DNA from: Burkholderiales bacterium
Lineage (GTDB): Bacteria; Pseudomonadota; Gammaproteobacteria; Burkholderiales; Usitatibacteraceae
Direction: 5' to 3'
Assembly (NCBI GenBank): GCA_031394335.1
Contig: JANMXS010000336.1
Location: forward strand, 1 to 57,499
Length of the DNA stretch: 57,499 nt
Shown here: piece by piece, positions 16,408 through 27,798 of the stretch
Position numbering within the stretch: position 1 is the first letter of the stretch
Layout: each line of letters opens with the position of its first letter
Position numbers and translations under genes: made by a program
Notes under the pieces: model-generated
What the model saw: only the letters and a program-made list of their open reading frames with translations
What the model was told of the DNA's origin: nothing
Databases searched by the model: none

Positions 16408-18810
16408 ATGGACCTGATCCCTTTCGTGCGACGCCCTTTCTGTGCCGCCTCCCCGGCTCGCCGCAGCCGCCTGGCATTGGCGCTGGCGCCGCTGCTGGCT
16501 GGCGCGGTGGCCCTGCCGCCATCGGCAGCATTCGCCCAGCAATCGCCCGCGCCGAATCAGGCCGAGCTTGACCGGGCGATCAGCGAGGGACGCAAGTCGA
16601 ATACCGTGATCCCGACGCCGGGAACCCTGCTAATGCGGCGCAAGGACGGGCCGCGCCTGATCGAGGCTGACGAGATCTCGGGGATCAATCAGAAGAGCTT
16701 GTCTGCAAAAGGAAGCGTTGTATTGCGCCAGGACAGCATTGAAGTGTTCGCCGAGCGCATCGACTATGATCAGGAAACCGACACCGCCTTTGCGCCCGGC
16801 ACGCTGCGCCTGAAGCGGGACGGCGATACGATCACCGGCAGCAACCTCAAACTGCGGATCGACGCCGAGGTCGGCACCTTGCTGGCGCCGACGTTTTTTT
16901 TTGGCAAGAGCCCGACGCGACCGACCCAGCGTTACGAAGCGCGCGGCGCCGCCGGCAGCATGGACTTCGAAGGGCCGGACAAGGAACGTCTGTTCGGCGC
17001 CTCCTACACCACCTGCAAAGTCGGCGAAGAAGACTGGTTCCTGCGCGTTTCCGAACTGTCGCTTGATCGCGCCAGCAATATCGGCACCGGCTACAACGGT
17101 CGCATCGTTTTCAAAGGTGTGCCGATCCTGTACGTGCCGTACATGAATTTTCCGCTTAACAACGAGCGCAAGTCGGGCCTGTTGACGCCCACCTTTGGCT
17201 CGTCATCAAACAGCGGGCTCGAACTGGCGGTACCGTTTTACTGGAATATTGCGCCGAATCACGACGCGACGATTACGCCAAAGATATTCAGCAAGCGCGG
17301 CGTCCAGATTGGCTCTGAAGTCCGCTACCTTGGCAAGCAATACATCGGTCAATTCGACGCTGAATATTTGCCGAATGATCGGAAGGCCGATAGCGACCGC
17401 TATTTGCTGTCGCTACGACATTACCAGAATCTTGAGGGTGTGTTTGGAAGCCTGGTGGGCAACGGCCTGACCCGTGGCTGGAGCGGCAGCATCAACGCCC
17501 AAAAAGTTTCGGACGACGCCTATTTCCGCGATTTGTCGACGCGTATCGCCAACACCGCACAAACCAACCTGCCGCGTGACTTCGCGCTCAACTACAACTC
17601 CGACTTTGGCAACCTCAGCGCGCGCCACTTGAGCTTCCAGACCCTGCAGGATCCGTTGGCGCCGGTGGTCACGCCGTATCGTCTGGCGCCACAAATCACC
17701 TTCAATGCCCGTCCAGCGCGCGTACAGGGGTTCGAGTTCAATACCACCGGCGAGCTGACGGAATTTCTCCACCCGACCTTGGTGAACGGACGACGTTTGC
17801 TGCTCTACCCCTCGATCGCGTATTCGATCACCAAGCCTTATGGCTACCTGACGCCGAAAATCGGTTACCACCTGACACGCTACGACCTGACGCAGAACAC
17901 CATCGGTTATGCCAGCCAGACGCGCAGCCTGCCGATTCTAAGCCTGGATAGCGGGCTGGCCTTCGAGCGGCCGACCACGTTCGGGGGGCAGGGATACACG
18001 CAGACCCTCGAGCCACGACTGTTTTTTTTGTACGTTCCCTATCGCGAACAGTCCACGATTCCGATCTTTTCCACCTCTGAAACCGATTTCAATTTTTCGC
18101 AAATTTTCAGCGACAACCTGTTCATCGGCGGCGACCGCATTTCGGATTCCAAGCAGTTGACCGCTGCTGTAACCACACGATTTATTGAAAACCTGACGGG
18201 CATTGAACGTCTGCGTGCCGCCATCGGCCAGCGCTACTCCTATCAGACGCAGCGGGTATCCTTGTCAAACAGCAACACGCTGGCGGCCTCGGGCACGGCC
18301 GGTAGCGTCGGGCGCTCGGACCTGCTGGCAGCGGTGTCCGGCCAGGTATCCGACCAGTGGTTCCTGGATTCCAGCTTCCAGTATGGCGCCTCGCAAAACC
18401 AGTTCCAGAAATCGAATGTCGCCGCCCGTTACCATGGCGATGGCGGGCGCATTTTCAATATCAGCTATCGCTTTACGCGCGACTCCCTCAAGCAGATCGA
18501 TATCTCCACACAGTGGCCGTTCGGACGCATGGCCCCGGGCTGGACGCTGCTGGCACGCGCCAATCATTCGCTTTCCGACCGTCGCCTGATCGAGGCCTTG
18601 TTTGGCGTCGAGTATAATAAGGGCTGTTGGGAATTCAGGCTGGTTGCCCATCGTTTCGCCACGGCAACCCAGCAGTATTCCAATTCCATCCAGTTCCAGC
18701 TTGAACTCAAAGGGCTGTCAAAACTGGGGATCAATCCGTTTGAAACGCTTAAACAGAACATTGTTGGCTATAAGCGGTCAGATGATCGTGACTACGATCC
18801 TGTCCGCTGA
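16408..18810 (+). CDS. lptD: LPS-assembly outer-membrane protein LptD
   Basis: 800 aa with a signal peptide, an OstA N-terminal domain and a large beta-barrel. Followed by surA-pdxA-rsmA, the canonical cluster. Confidence 0.93.
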   Translation: MDLIPFVRRPFCAASPARRSRLALALAPLLAGAVALPPSAAFAQQSPAPNQAELDRAISEGRKSNTVIPTPGTLLMRRKDGPRLIEADEISGINQKSLSAKGSVVLRQDSIEVFAERIDYDQETDTAFAPGTLRLKRDGDTITGSNLKLRIDAEVGTLLAPTFFFGKSPTRPTQRYEARGAAGSMDFEGPDKERLFGASYTTCKVGEEDWFLRVSELSLDRASNIGTGYNGRIVFKGVPILYVPYMNFPLNNERKSGLLTPTFGSSSNSGLELAVPFYWNIAPNHDATITPKIFSKRGVQIGSEVRYLGKQYIGQFDAEYLPNDRKADSDRYLLSLRHYQNLEGVFGSLVGNGLTRGWSGSINAQKVSDDAYFRDLSTRIANTAQTNLPRDFALNYNSDFGNLSARHLSFQTLQDPLAPVVTPYRLAPQITFNARPARVQGFEFNTTGELTEFLHPTLVNGRRLLLYPSIAYSITKPYGYLTPKIGYHLTRYDLTQNTIGYASQTRSLPILSLDSGLAFERPTTFGGQGYTQTLEPRLFFLYVPYREQSTIPIFSTSETDFNFSQIFSDNLFIGGDRISDSKQLTAAVTTRFIENLTGIERLRAAIGQRYSYQTQRVSLSNSNTLAASGTAGSVGRSDLLAAVSGQVSDQWFLDSSFQYGASQNQFQKSNVAARYHGDGGRIFNISYRFTRDSLKQIDISTQWPFGRMAPGWTLLARANHSLSDRRLIEALFGVEYNKGCWEFRLVAHRFATATQQYSNSIQFQLELKGLSKLGINPFETLKQNIVGYKRSDDRDYDPVR

Positions 18811-18862
18811 CAACGGCCCCGGTGGCGGGATCAAATTTGTTGCCGCCCCGATTTAATGTGAG

Positions 18863-20305
18863 ATGCCCGCTATGAGCCCTTCTTTATCCCCGTTGCGCAT
18901 CGGCGCCGTTGTCCTGTGCAGTTTGCTCGGGGCGTCCCTGCCGGCTGCAGCGCAGCTCGCCTCCCCTGCGGCGCAAAACCCGCTGGTTCCCTCCGTGGTA
19001 CCTTCGCTCATACCTTCCCATCCTGCACCGGGGCCGCGTCTGGACACGCAGCTGGCGGCGCCAACCAAACAGGGCGGAATCATCCAGCTCGACCGCATTG
19101 TCGCGGTGGTCAACAACGATGTCATCACCCTGAACAATCTCAACGAGCGCCTCGCAACGGTCGTCAAGGGCTTGCAGAAACAGGGCACCTCGCTGCCGCC
19201 GCAGGATACGCTGCAAAAGCAGTTGCTCGAACGCATGATCAACGACCTCATGCAGGTGCAGGAAGCCGGCGACACCGGCATTCGCGTCAGCGATGGCGAA
19301 CTCGACAAAATATTGCAGCGCATCGCCGACGAAAACAATCTGTCGATGACCGATTTCCGTCGTCTGCTGGAGCAGGATGGCATGCCGTGGCAGCGCTTCC
19401 GCGAAGAAATCCGCAACGAGTCGATCATCGGCCGCTTGCGCGAACGTGAAGTGGAAGGCAATGTGACCGTCACCGAAGCGGAAATCGATACCCAGCTTGC
19501 GCTCGAGACCCGCGAAGCAAGCACTGACCAGGAATTCCGCCTCGCCCATATCCTGGTGCAGGTGCCCGAGCAGGCAACTACCGCGCAGATCGAGGTTCGA
19601 CGCAAACGCGCCGCACAGGCGCTTGCCGAATTGCGCAGGGGCGCAGAGTTTGCGCAGATTTCGGCGCAGTTTTCTGACGCACCCGATGCGCTGCAAGGCG
19701 GCAATCTCGGCTGGCGTCCATCGGGACGACTGCCCGCGATCTTTCTCGAGGCCCTGAACACGCTGAAGCCGGGCGAAGTCAGCGATATTCTGCGTAGCGC
19801 AAACGGTTTCCATATCGTCAAGCTTCTCGATAAGCGCGGTCGCAGCGCGACGCCGACCATTCAGCAGACCCACGTTCGCCATATTCTCCTGCGTCAGAAG
19901 GAGGGCGTAGTCAGCGACAACGAGGCACGCGAACGCCTGGCGCGCCTGCGTGAGCGCATCACCGCCGGCGCCGACTTCGCCGAACTGGCCAAGGTTCATT
20001 CAGACGACCCTTCGTCTTCCAAGGGCGGCGACCTGGGTTGGCTGTCGCCAGGGGATACCGTGCCCGAGTTTGAGCGCACAATGAACGCCCTGCGCGATAA
20101 CGAGATCAGTGCCCCGGTGCAGACCCAATTCGGCTGGCATCTGGTGCAAGTTATTGAACGCCGCACCGAGGGCGTCTCGGAAGAGCGCCGCCGCGCATTG
20201 GCGCGCAACACAATACGTGCGCGCAAGGCCGATGAGGCTTACCAGGACTGGCTGCGGCAAACCCGCGACCGCGCCTTTGTCGAATACCGGCTCGAAGAAA
20301 AATAA
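18863..20305 (+). CDS. surA: Periplasmic chaperone / peptidyl-prolyl isomerase SurA
   Basis: 480 aa with a signal peptide and two parvulin domains (GGNLGW..., GGDLGW...FGWHLVQV). Confidence 0.93.
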   Translation: MPAMSPSLSPLRIGAVVLCSLLGASLPAAAQLASPAAQNPLVPSVVPSLIPSHPAPGPRLDTQLAAPTKQGGIIQLDRIVAVVNNDVITLNNLNERLATVVKGLQKQGTSLPPQDTLQKQLLERMINDLMQVQEAGDTGIRVSDGELDKILQRIADENNLSMTDFRRLLEQDGMPWQRFREEIRNESIIGRLREREVEGNVTVTEAEIDTQLALETREASTDQEFRLAHILVQVPEQATTAQIEVRRKRAAQALAELRRGAEFAQISAQFSDAPDALQGGNLGWRPSGRLPAIFLEALNTLKPGEVSDILRSANGFHIVKLLDKRGRSATPTIQQTHVRHILLRQKEGVVSDNEARERLARLRERITAGADFAELAKVHSDDPSSSKGGDLGWLSPGDTVPEFERTMNALRDNEISAPVQTQFGWHLVQVIERRTEGVSEERRRALARNTIRARKADEAYQDWLRQTRDRAFVEYRLEEK

Positions 20306-20397
20306 CGAGCCCGCTGAGGCGCCAGCATGAGCATGCGAGCGCATGCCGGCGGCCGGACAGTCCCGCTTCTGCCTCCATCTTTGCGCCTCGCGCCGTC

Positions 20398-21387
20398 ATG
20401 AAACCTGTCCTGGTCATTACCTCTGGCGAACCGGCCGGCATCGGCCCCGACCTCTGCGCCTTGCTGGCCGCAGGGAGCGCCGACGAAAAATTCAATGCCC
20501 GCCTGGTTATCCTCGGCGACCGCAATTTGATCACCGAACGTGCTGCGGCCCATGGCATCGATGCTTCGAAGTTGTCGATAGAACATATCCCGTTGCGCGC
20601 ATCGGCAATCGCCGGACAGCTCAACACCGCCAACAGCCCCTATGTGCTGGCCCTGCTCGACCGCGCGCTTGAAGGGTGTCGCAGTGGTGTCTACGACGCC
20701 ATGGTCACTGCACCGATCCACAAGGGCGTGATCAATGATGCGAAGATCACCGGCCTCGGCAAATTCCAGGGCCATACCGAATATCTCGCGGAAAAAACTG
20801 CTGTGCCGCAGGTAGTGATGATGCTGGTCGGCGGCAAGCCGATGCTGCGGGTCGCACTCGCCACCACACACCTCGCGCTGAAGGACGTGCCGGCGGCCAT
20901 CACCGGCGAGGGCCTGACGGCGACACTGCGCATTCTCGACGCTGAATTGCGCCGCAAATTCGGCTTTGCCGCGCCGCGCATCCTGGTGGCGGGCCTCAAT
21001 CCGCATGCCGGCGAATCGGGCCATCTGGGCGATGAAGAAATCAAGGTGATTGTGCCGGTTGTCGAGGCGCTCAAACGCGAGGGACTCAAACTCATCGGTC
21101 CGCTACCCGCCGACACCCTGTTCACGCCGCAGCATTTGCAGCACGCCGATGCGGTGCTGGCGATGTATCACGACCAGGGCCTGGCGGTACTCAAATATGC
21201 GAGCTTCGGCGTAGGGGTCAATATCACCCTGGGCCTGCCGATTATTCGTACTTCAGTTGACCACGGTACCGCGCTTGATTTGGCAGCGAAGCCCGGCATC
21301 GACAGCGGCAGCATGTCTGCAGCGATTGCGCTGGCCGCCGAGCTTGCTCAGCAAGCGGCAACGGCGCGCGCTGGCGCAACAGACTGA
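20398..21387 (+). CDS. pdxA: 4-hydroxythreonine-4-phosphate dehydrogenase
   Basis: 329 aa. ITSGEPAGIGPD, GLNPHAGE, HGTALD motifs. Confidence 0.93.
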   Translation: MKPVLVITSGEPAGIGPDLCALLAAGSADEKFNARLVILGDRNLITERAAAHGIDASKLSIEHIPLRASAIAGQLNTANSPYVLALLDRALEGCRSGVYDAMVTAPIHKGVINDAKITGLGKFQGHTEYLAEKTAVPQVVMMLVGGKPMLRVALATTHLALKDVPAAITGEGLTATLRILDAELRRKFGFAAPRILVAGLNPHAGESGHLGDEEIKVIVPVVEALKREGLKLIGPLPADTLFTPQHLQHADAVLAMYHDQGLAVLKYASFGVGVNITLGLPIIRTSVDHGTALDLAAKPGIDSGSMSAAIALAAELAQQAATARAGATD

Positions 21388-22163
21388 TGCAACCGATCCC
21401 GAAGAAACGGCTGGGGCAGCACTTCCTCACCGACCGGCATTACATCGAGCGCATCATCAACGCCATCGCCCCCAAGGCCGGCGAGCTGATGGTTGAAATC
21501 GGCCCCGGCCCTGGCGCGATCACCGAGCCGCTGATCGCAGCGCTTGGGCATCTGCATGTTGTCGAGATTGATCGTGCGCTGGCCGCAGCGCTGCGAGAAC
21601 GGTTCAATGAAAGCAAAATTACCGTACACGACAGCGATGCACTGGAATTCGACTTTGGCCAGATTGGCGCGCGTTTTCGCGTCGCCGGCAACCTGCCCTA
21701 CAATATCTCCACGCCCCTGCTGTTTCATCTCGCCGATTTCGCCGAACACATTATCGATTCGACATTCATGCTGCAAAAAGAAGTCGTTGATCGCATGGTC
21801 GCCGCGCCCGACACCGATGCCTATGGCCGCCTGTCGGTGATGCTGCAATATCGCTTTGCGATGAAGCGCCTGTTCGACGTTCCGCCCGGCGCGTTTTACC
21901 CGCCACCCAAGGTTGACTCCGCGATCGTGCGCATGGCGCCATTGCCGGTCGACCGGCCACGCGCGAAGAGCGACAAGCGGCTGGCGGAGATTGTGACGGC
22001 GGGTTTCGGGCAGCGGCGCAAAACGCTGTCGAATACCTTGAAGCCATTCATGCCGGCAACGGCGATAGAAGCGCTGGGAATAGACCCCAAACGTCGCGCG
22101 GAAACACTGTCGCTTGCCGAGTTCATGCGGCTCGCCGACGCCAGCGAACCTCAGGCAAAATAG
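21387..22163 (+). CDS. rsmA: 16S rRNA (adenine1518/1519-N6)-dimethyltransferase
   Basis: 258 aa. KRLGQHFL, VEIGPGPGAIT, GNLPYNISTP. The ATG overlaps the pdxA stop by 1 nt. Confidence 0.93.
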   Translation: MQPIPKKRLGQHFLTDRHYIERIINAIAPKAGELMVEIGPGPGAITEPLIAALGHLHVVEIDRALAAALRERFNESKITVHDSDALEFDFGQIGARFRVAGNLPYNISTPLLFHLADFAEHIIDSTFMLQKEVVDRMVAAPDTDAYGRLSVMLQYRFAMKRLFDVPPGAFYPPPKVDSAIVRMAPLPVDRPRAKSDKRLAEIVTAGFGQRRKTLSNTLKPFMPATAIEALGIDPKRRAETLSLAEFMRLADASEPQAK

Positions 22164-22165
22164 CC

Positions 22166-22238
22166 AAACTCAAGCACTGGCGCGGTGTTTGAAGAATTTT
22201 TGCTCCAAACGCCGCGCCAATAGGCGATCTACGTTTTT
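22166..22238. repeat. REP-like palindromic intergenic element, copy A
   Basis: AAACTCAAGCACTGGCGCGGTGTTTGAAGAATTTTTGCTCCAAACGCCGCGCCAATAGGCGATCTACGTTTTT. Stem of about 14 bp at 22178-22219. Near-identical block at 37008-37082. Confidence 0.75.
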
Positions 22239-22251
22239 CAACCGATGGCGT

Positions 22252-22641
22252 TCAGGCTTTCGCCATCTGGATAAATTCGATCTTGTAGCCGTCCGGGTCC
22301 TGCACAAAGGCGATCACACTGCCGCCGAATTTCATCGGCCCCGGCTCGCGCGTCACCACACCGCCCTTGGCCTTGACTGCATCGCAGGCCGCATAAACAT
22401 CGGGCAGGCCGATGGCGAGATGGCCAAAACCATTGCCGAGGTCGTAGCTCTTCGTATCCCAGTTGTGCGTGAGTTCGATAACCGCCGTTTCTGACTCATC
22501 GCCATAACCGACGAAGGCCAACGTGAACTTGCCATCCGGATAATCCTTGCGGCGCAGCAACTTCATGCCCAGCACCTTGGTGTAGAAATCGATCGACTTG
22601 TCGAGGTCGCCGACGCGGATCATGGTATGCAGCAATTGCAT
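22252..22641 (-). CDS. gloA: Lactoylglutathione lyase (glyoxalase I)
   Basis: ORF trimmed to ATG 22641 ([20 protein letters not shown]...). 129 aa. Confidence 0.9.
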   Translation of the reverse strand: MQLLHTMIRVGDLDKSIDFYTKVLGMKLLRRKDYPDGKFTLAFVGYGDESETAVIELTHNWDTKSYDLGNGFGHLAIGLPDVYAACDAVKAKGGVVTREPGPMKFGGSVIAFVQDPDGYKIEFIQMAKA

Positions 22642-22654
22642 GAATTTCCTTTGA

Positions 22655-23497
22655 TTAAAACGCGCGAAACTTGTGATCGTTGCGATCAAGCTCCGCCTTC
22701 AATGTCTCGTAATCGGGACACATCCGCTCAACCTCGGCCCAGAACGCGGCGGAATGATTCATATGTCGTAAATGTGCGAGTTCATGACAAACCACATAGT
22801 CGATCAGCGCCGACCGCGCCTTCATCAGGCGCCAGGAGAAACGCACCTCGCGCCGCGAATTGCAGCTGCCCCAGCGACTATTGGCGCTGGACAGGAATAC
22901 GCGCGGCGGCGTCAGGCCGTGCAGCTTGGCGAATAAAAACGCGCGCTGCGCCAGATGCGGCAGGGCCTGTTTCTTGATCCACGCGACCACGGTTTTTTCC
23001 ACATCCTCGGCGCCATACGACTTCACACGGACGAATAAATGCGACTGCGCCAACTCGGCACCGGGGCGGCCAGCGCCAGCATCGATCATCAGCGTCACGG
23101 GCTCACCCATATAGGAAATCGTACTGCCGGTCACCCATTGTTGCGGCGTGATTCTTCGATGTGTCCACTCGCCCAGTTTTTTCAACACCCAGGACTGATT
23201 CTTGCCGATCATTTCCTCGATGGCGCCAATCGGCGTGGTCAGCGAAGCCGCCACCGTCATGCCGGCGCCGTCAATTTTCAAACCGACGCCACGCCGCCCG
23301 CGACGACGCACCAGTTTGTAATCGACGTGCCGGCCGTCAAGCGCGATGCTGCGTTCGTCGGCATCAATCACATTGCGAGACGGTGATTTTGCGATGCGTG
23401 TCTTTGCCGTACGGGGCTTGCCAACACCGCTCGCAGGCGCTTTCGCCGGCGGCAGCGAAAAATCAAGCAGAGGCTGGAGGAAGCCGGGCCATTTCAT
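22655..23497 (-). CDS. YgjP-like (DUF45/M48-type) metal-dependent hydrolase
   Basis: C-terminal [12 protein letters not shown] zinc motif and WGSC... context typical of the family. The N-terminus overlaps the plsC end by 35 nt, so the true start is uncertain. Confidence 0.75.
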   Translation of the reverse strand: MKWPGFLQPLLDFSLPPAKAPASGVGKPRTAKTRIAKSPSRNVIDADERSIALDGRHVDYKLVRRRGRRGVGLKIDGAGMTVAASLTTPIGAIEEMIGKNQSWVLKKLGEWTHRRITPQQWVTGSTISYMGEPVTLMIDAGAGRPGAELAQSHLFVRVKSYGAEDVEKTVVAWIKKQALPHLAQRAFLFAKLHGLTPPRVFLSSANSRWGSCNSRREVRFSWRLMKARSALIDYVVCHELAHLRHMNHSAAFWAEVERMCPDYETLKAELDRNDHKFRAF

Positions 23498-24179
23498 CTT
23501 CGATCCAGTTCTCGGTCAGCTTCAGCACCGCGAGCGATTCCTTGCCGGTGGTGTCGATCACCGGGCCGATGCTCATCGTCACCTTGCCGGGATATTTCAG
23601 GAATGCATTGCGGCGCCAGCACTCGCCGGCGTTGTGGGCGATCGGCAGGATCGGCGCACCGACGCCGGCCGCCAACCAGGCGCCACCGATGCCGTAACGG
23701 CCGCGTTGTCCCGGCGCCACGCGCGTACCCTCGGGAAAAATAATCACGCCATAGCCGCGCGCCAGACGATCGCGGCCCTGCTCAAGAATTTGATCGCGCG
23801 CTGTCTTGCCGCTTTTGCGATCAATCGCGATGGATTGCAAGCCGCCCAACACCCAACCGATCACCGGCACCAATAGCAGCTCACGCTTGATGATCCATGC
23901 CGATGGCGGCACCAGCACCAGGATCGCCACCGTCTCCCAGGCCGACTGGTGTTTGGCCATCACTACGCAGGGCTGTTTGGGAATATTTTCCAAGCCGCGG
24001 ATTTCATAATCGATGTGGCACACATATTTGGCCAAGCGCAAAATTTGCCGGCCCCAGGACCGCGCGCACTCATAGCCCCAGTCGTGATACAGGATTGCCA
24101 GCGGTACCGTGAAAATGCCGTAGAAAATTGTCACCAAAATACCGGACAACAGGAACGCCACCGAACGAATATAAATCAC
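23463..24179 (-). CDS. plsC: 1-acyl-sn-glycerol-3-phosphate acyltransferase
   Basis: 238 aa with an N-terminal TM helix, the KHQSAWE (HX4D/E) motif and FPEGTR. Confidence 0.88.
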   Translation of the reverse strand: MIYIRSVAFLLSGILVTIFYGIFTVPLAILYHDWGYECARSWGRQILRLAKYVCHIDYEIRGLENIPKQPCVVMAKHQSAWETVAILVLVPPSAWIIKRELLLVPVIGWVLGGLQSIAIDRKSGKTARDQILEQGRDRLARGYGVIIFPEGTRVAPGQRGRYGIGGAWLAAGVGAPILPIAHNAGECWRRNAFLKYPGKVTMSIGPVIDTTGKESLAVLKLTENWIEDEMARLPPASA

Positions 24180-24757
24180 GCCACCGCTCCCGCATGTTTC
24201 GCACGCGACGGATCGGTCACCAGATAGCGCACCGCCTCGGCAAGATCGGCGAACACTTTGGTGCCCTCGGGCAGCCCACCATCCTTCTGCGTTTTCTTGC
24301 CTTTGCCGGTCAACACCAAAATCGGCGCGCAGCCAACTTTTGCGCCGGCTTCCAGATCGCGCAGCGAATCGCCGATCGTCGGCACACCCTCGAGTCCGAC
24401 GTGGAAGCGTGTGGCAATATCCTCAAACATGCCGCTCTTGGGTTTGCGGCAACGGCAATTCTGCTCGGCCGTATGCGCGCAGAAAAACACCGCATCGATG
24501 CGACCGCCTTGACGGAACACCAGTCCCATCATTTTGTCGTTGATCGCGTTAAGCGTGGCCATGTCGAACAGGCCGCGACCGATGCCGGACTGGTTGGTCG
24601 CCACCGCCACCCGATAACCACCCTGGTTCAAGCGCGCGATCGCCTCGATGGAGCCGGGGATCGGTTTCCATTCATCGGGCGACTTGATGAACTGCGCGCT
24701 GTCCTGGTTGATGACACCGTCGCGGTCGAGGATGATGAGTTTGTCGGGGGCGCTCAT
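24176..24757 (-). CDS. gmhB: D-glycero-beta-D-manno-heptose-1,7-bisphosphate 7-phosphatase
   Basis: 193 aa. HAD motif LDRDGVIN and the zinc-binding C..C.C.KP context. Confidence 0.88.
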   Translation of the reverse strand: MSAPDKLIILDRDGVINQDSAQFIKSPDEWKPIPGSIEAIARLNQGGYRVAVATNQSGIGRGLFDMATLNAINDKMMGLVFRQGGRIDAVFFCAHTAEQNCRCRKPKSGMFEDIATRFHVGLEGVPTIGDSLRDLEAGAKVGCAPILVLTGKGKKTQKDGGLPEGTKVFADLAEAVRYLVTDPSRAKHAGAVA

Positions 24758-24766
24758 GGGGGCATC

Positions 24767-26869
24767 TTAAGCGGCGAGTTTGGACAAGTCGGCGACTTTG
24801 TTCATCACGTCGTGCAAATCGTGAAGCAGCGCGAGCCGGTTCTCCCGCAGCTTTGGGTCTTCGGCGTTAACCATAACCTGATTAAAGAACGCGTCCACCG
24901 GGGTCTTTAGCGGCGCCAAGGATTTGAGTGCGCCGGTGTAGTCCTTGGCGGCATAAAGTTTATCGAATACTGGTCCTGCGACTTTGAGTGCGTCGAAAAG
25001 AGCGCGCTCTGCCGGCTCGACTATCATCTTGGACTCCGCCCCGCTAAATTGCTGCTCGGACTTTGCCAGGATATTCCCAATACGTTTGTTGGCAGCAGCC
25101 AGACTTGCGGCTTCCGGCATTTCACCGAATGCACGTACCGCGGCAAGCAAGCTTGGCGCAATATGAACGCCAGCGCCCAGACTATTTATTACCGCCTCAA
25201 CTTCATTGGCTGTATAACCCTGCTCCCGCAACATGCCGCGCAGACGCTCTTTCATAAACTGCTCAAGATCGGAATGCGCGTGCTGAATCATGTCAGACGG
25301 AAATGCAGCGAACGCGGCGTCGGTCAGCCTGAACAAAGGAATCGCCAACTGTTTTTCCATCAACATGCGCAGCACACCGAGTGCATGGCGGCGTAATGCA
25401 AACGGGTCCTTGTCACCGCTCGGCTGTTGGCCAATGCCAAACAAGCCCATCAACGTTTCCATTTTATCGGCCAGTGCGACCGATAACGCCACAAGCGACT
25501 CCGGCAATTTGTCACCGGCGAACCTAGGTTGATAGTGCTGCGCAATAGCATCGGCAACAACCGGCGATTCGCCGTCATGGAGCGCGTAGTAGCGCCCCAT
25601 GGTGCCTTGCAATTCGGGAAACTCGCCGACCATATCGGTGAGCAGGTCTGCCTTGGCCAGATAGGCGGCACGTTGTGCGTGCGCCGTATCCGCCCCGATG
25701 AGTGCCGCGATTTTCATCGCCAGCTGCTGCACGCGCTGCATGCGATCGAGCTGATTGCCGAGCTTGTTGTGATACACCACATTGGCCAATTTCGGCACCC
25801 TCGTTTCAAGCTTGGTTTTCTTGTCCGTTTCAAAAAAGAACCGCGCATCGGACAACCGTGGCCGCACCACCCGCTGGTTGCCCTCGATCACATTGTGCGG
25901 ATTGTTGAGCCGCATATTGCTGACGATCAAGAAGCGGCTCGACAGACTGCCGTCAGAAAAAAACAGCGGAAAATATTTCTGGTTGAGCTTCATCGTCAGG
26001 ATCAGGCATTCCGGCGGCACGCTCAGAAATTCCGCTTCGAAGGCGCCCGTATAGACTGCGGGGCGCTCAACCAGGGCGGTGACTTCATCCAGCAAGGCCA
26101 GGTAGTCTTCGCGTTCTCCCAGTGAAGTACCGTGTTCTTCGGCACGCTCGAACAGCAGGCGCTCAATCTCGTGTTTGCGCTTGTCGAAACTGGCAATCAC
26201 CGCGCCGTCGTTTTCCAGCCGTGATTCGTATTCATCCGCATGCGTCAACTCGATATCAGCGGCGCCCTGAAAGCGGTGGCCATGGGTGACGCGACCAGCG
26301 CTGAGGCCGAGCACGCTGACCGGCACAATGTTGGCCCCATGCAGTGCCACCAGGCCATGTGCCGGGCGCACAAATTGCACCGAGGTCTGCCCGTCGGCGA
26401 GTTGGTAGGTCATCACCTTGGGGACCGGCAGTGCAGCGATGGCTTCTTCCAGCGCGCCCTGCAAACCAGCTTGAAGGGTTTGGCCCTTGGCCATGCCGCG
26501 ATACACCAGCTGTTCGACCTTGCCGTCGCTTTCGCGTTGCAGGGTTGCTGGGTCGATATGCGCCAATGATTTTGCGGCGAGTTTTTTCTGCAGCGCCGGT
26601 GTGGCTTTGCCATCCTTGTCCAGACCGACGCTGACCGGCATTAGTTTCTCGACAAAGGCCTGGTCAAGCGCAACGACATGCACATTGGTGATGGTCACCG
26701 CAAGACGACGCGGGGTTGCGAAAGTCGTCGCGGCGGAATCTGCCTCAAGCAGACTGCGCGAGCGCAAGCCTTTGACGATACCTTCGGCGAAGGCGGCGCC
26801 CAGGCGCTGCAAGGCCTTGGGCGGCAGCTCCTCGGTGAACAATTCAACCAGCAGGGTGGCGACGCTCAT
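24767..26869 (-). CDS. glyS: Glycine--tRNA ligase beta subunit
   Basis: 700 aa. [14 protein letters not shown]-terminus. Overlaps the glyQ stop by 4 nt. Confidence 0.95.
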   Translation of the reverse strand: MSVATLLVELFTEELPPKALQRLGAAFAEGIVKGLRSRSLLEADSAATTFATPRRLAVTITNVHVVALDQAFVEKLMPVSVGLDKDGKATPALQKKLAAKSLAHIDPATLQRESDGKVEQLVYRGMAKGQTLQAGLQGALEEAIAALPVPKVMTYQLADGQTSVQFVRPAHGLVALHGANIVPVSVLGLSAGRVTHGHRFQGAADIELTHADEYESRLENDGAVIASFDKRKHEIERLLFERAEEHGTSLGEREDYLALLDEVTALVERPAVYTGAFEAEFLSVPPECLILTMKLNQKYFPLFFSDGSLSSRFLIVSNMRLNNPHNVIEGNQRVVRPRLSDARFFFETDKKTKLETRVPKLANVVYHNKLGNQLDRMQRVQQLAMKIAALIGADTAHAQRAAYLAKADLLTDMVGEFPELQGTMGRYYALHDGESPVVADAIAQHYQPRFAGDKLPESLVALSVALADKMETLMGLFGIGQQPSGDKDPFALRRHALGVLRMLMEKQLAIPLFRLTDAAFAAFPSDMIQHAHSDLEQFMKERLRGMLREQGYTANEVEAVINSLGAGVHIAPSLLAAVRAFGEMPEAASLAAANKRIGNILAKSEQQFSGAESKMIVEPAERALFDALKVAGPVFDKLYAAKDYTGALKSLAPLKTPVDAFFNQVMVNAEDPKLRENRLALLHDLHDVMNKVADLSKLAA

Positions 26870-27798
26870 GCGGCCACCTTGTTCACGGTGTGCAACATCG
26901 GAAAGCCCAGCCGCTCGCGTGATTCGAAATAACTCTGTGCAACAGCGCGCGCCAAATTGCGAATACGACCGATATACGCAGCGCGTTCGGTTACCGAGAT
27001 CGCGCCATGCGCATCGAGCAGATTGAAAGTGTGCGCGGCTTTCAGCACCTGCTCGTAAGCGGGCAAGGCCAGCTGTGCTTCGATCAGACGCTTGGCGCCG
27101 GCCTCGTAATCTGCAAAATGCTGCAGCAGGCTGGACACATCGGAATGTTCGAAGTTGTAGGTCGATTGCTCGACCTCGTTTTGCTGGAACACATCGCCAT
27201 AAGTCAGGACGCGATCGATACCGTTCTCTTTCCAGGTGGTCCAGATCAGGTCGTAGACGTTTTCCTTGTTCTGTAAATACATGGCGAGGCGCTCAAGGCC
27301 ATAGGTGATTTCGCCGGTGATCGGCTTGCACTCGATGCCGCCGACCTGCTGGAAGTAAGTGAACTGCGTGACTTCCATGCCATTGAGCCATACTTCCCAG
27401 CCCAGGCCCCAGGCTCCCAGCGTGGGGTTTTCCCAATCGTCTTCGACAAAGCGCACATCGTTTTGTTTCAGGTCAAGTCCCAGCGCCTCCAGCGAGCCCA
27501 GATACAGCGCGAGGATGTCCGGCGGCGAGGGTTTCAGAACCACCTGATACTGGTAATAGTGCTGCAATCGATTCGGGTTTTCGCCATAGCGCCCGTCCTT
27601 GGGCCGGCGTGATGGCTGCACATAGGCGGCGCGCCAGGGCTCCGGACCCAGCGAACGAAGAAAGGTTGCGGTATGCGAGGTGCCGGCACCAACTTCCATA
27701 TCGTAAGGTTGCAGCAATGCGCAACCCTGATCGTTCCAGTATTTCTGGAGACGCAGGATGACTTCCTGAAAGGTGGGGGAGGCTTGAACTGAAGACAT
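26866..27798 (-). CDS. glyQ: Glycine--tRNA ligase alpha subunit
   Basis: 310 aa. [13 protein letters not shown]..., [19 protein letters not shown]. Confidence 0.95.
   Translation of the reverse strand: MSSVQASPTFQEVILRLQKYWNDQGCALLQPYDMEVGAGTSHTATFLRSLGPEPWRAAYVQPSRRPKDGRYGENPNRLQHYYQYQVVLKPSPPDILALYLGSLEALGLDLKQNDVRFVEDDWENPTLGAWGLGWEVWLNGMEVTQFTYFQQVGGIECKPITGEITYGLERLAMYLQNKENVYDLIWTTWKENGIDRVLTYGDVFQQNEVEQSTYNFEHSDVSSLLQHFADYEAGAKRLIEAQLALPAYEQVLKAAHTFNLLDAHGAISVTERAAYIGRIRNLARAVAQSYFESRERLGFPMLHTVNKVAA

Noticed and set aside
18853-19999. Two long minus-strand ORFs (335 and 371 aa) antisense to surA. Similar antisense ORFs cover trpD, trpE, lptD, pdxA, glyS, miaB, kup, prs and other genes.
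   Set aside because: Same explanation: stop-poor antisense frames of genuine, motif-bearing genes. Their translations are low-complexity (Arg/Ser/Cys/Ala-rich), with no SD or family motif.
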